Positions 63,982-64,000 of a stretch of DNA of 64,000 nt are shown in pieces. A model generated the notes under the pieces. It was not told the origin of the DNA, ran no database searches, and was given only the letters and a program-made list of their open reading frames with translations. The DNA is taken from contig MU058226.1 of the NCBI GenBank assembly GCA_013265495.1, positions 458,741 through 522,740 on the forward strand. Reading direction: 5' to 3'. The position numbers and the translations under genes are program-made. The stretch's first letter is position 1. Each line of letters opens with the position of its first letter. The stretch is from Vicugna vicugna. Its lineage: Eukaryota.

Positions 63982-64000
63982 TAGGGCTCATTTGCATATG

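Overview
Mammalian genomic DNA from the MHC class III / TNF cluster, most likely a camelid (inferred from the TNF protein and a lineage-type tRNA-derived SINE). Gene order along the window: PRRC2A (5' part, - strand, hosting SNORA38), AIF1 (-), NCR3/NKp30 (+, pseudogene with several independent lesions), LST1 (-), LTB (+), TNF (-), LTA (-), NFKBIL1 (-), ATP6V1G2 (+), DDX39B (5' part, +, hosting SNORD84). Exon structures were rebuilt by hand from GT-AG boundaries and give intact frames for every gene except NCR3. Intergenic DNA holds L1, L2, MIR, MER5A and MER2-type repeats and young SINE/L1 insertions with target-site duplications. Most notable observations: the inactivated NCR3, an overlapping weak-context uORF in PRRC2A (possible autoregulation), a degenerate second U83/U84-family snoRNA copy in DDX39B intron 3, a box C substitution in SNORD84, a dense octamer cluster upstream of PRRC2A and a 5-residue deletion in LTA. 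No wholly new gene system can be shown from the sequence alone. Comparisons to human and other orthologues are from memory and need alignment.
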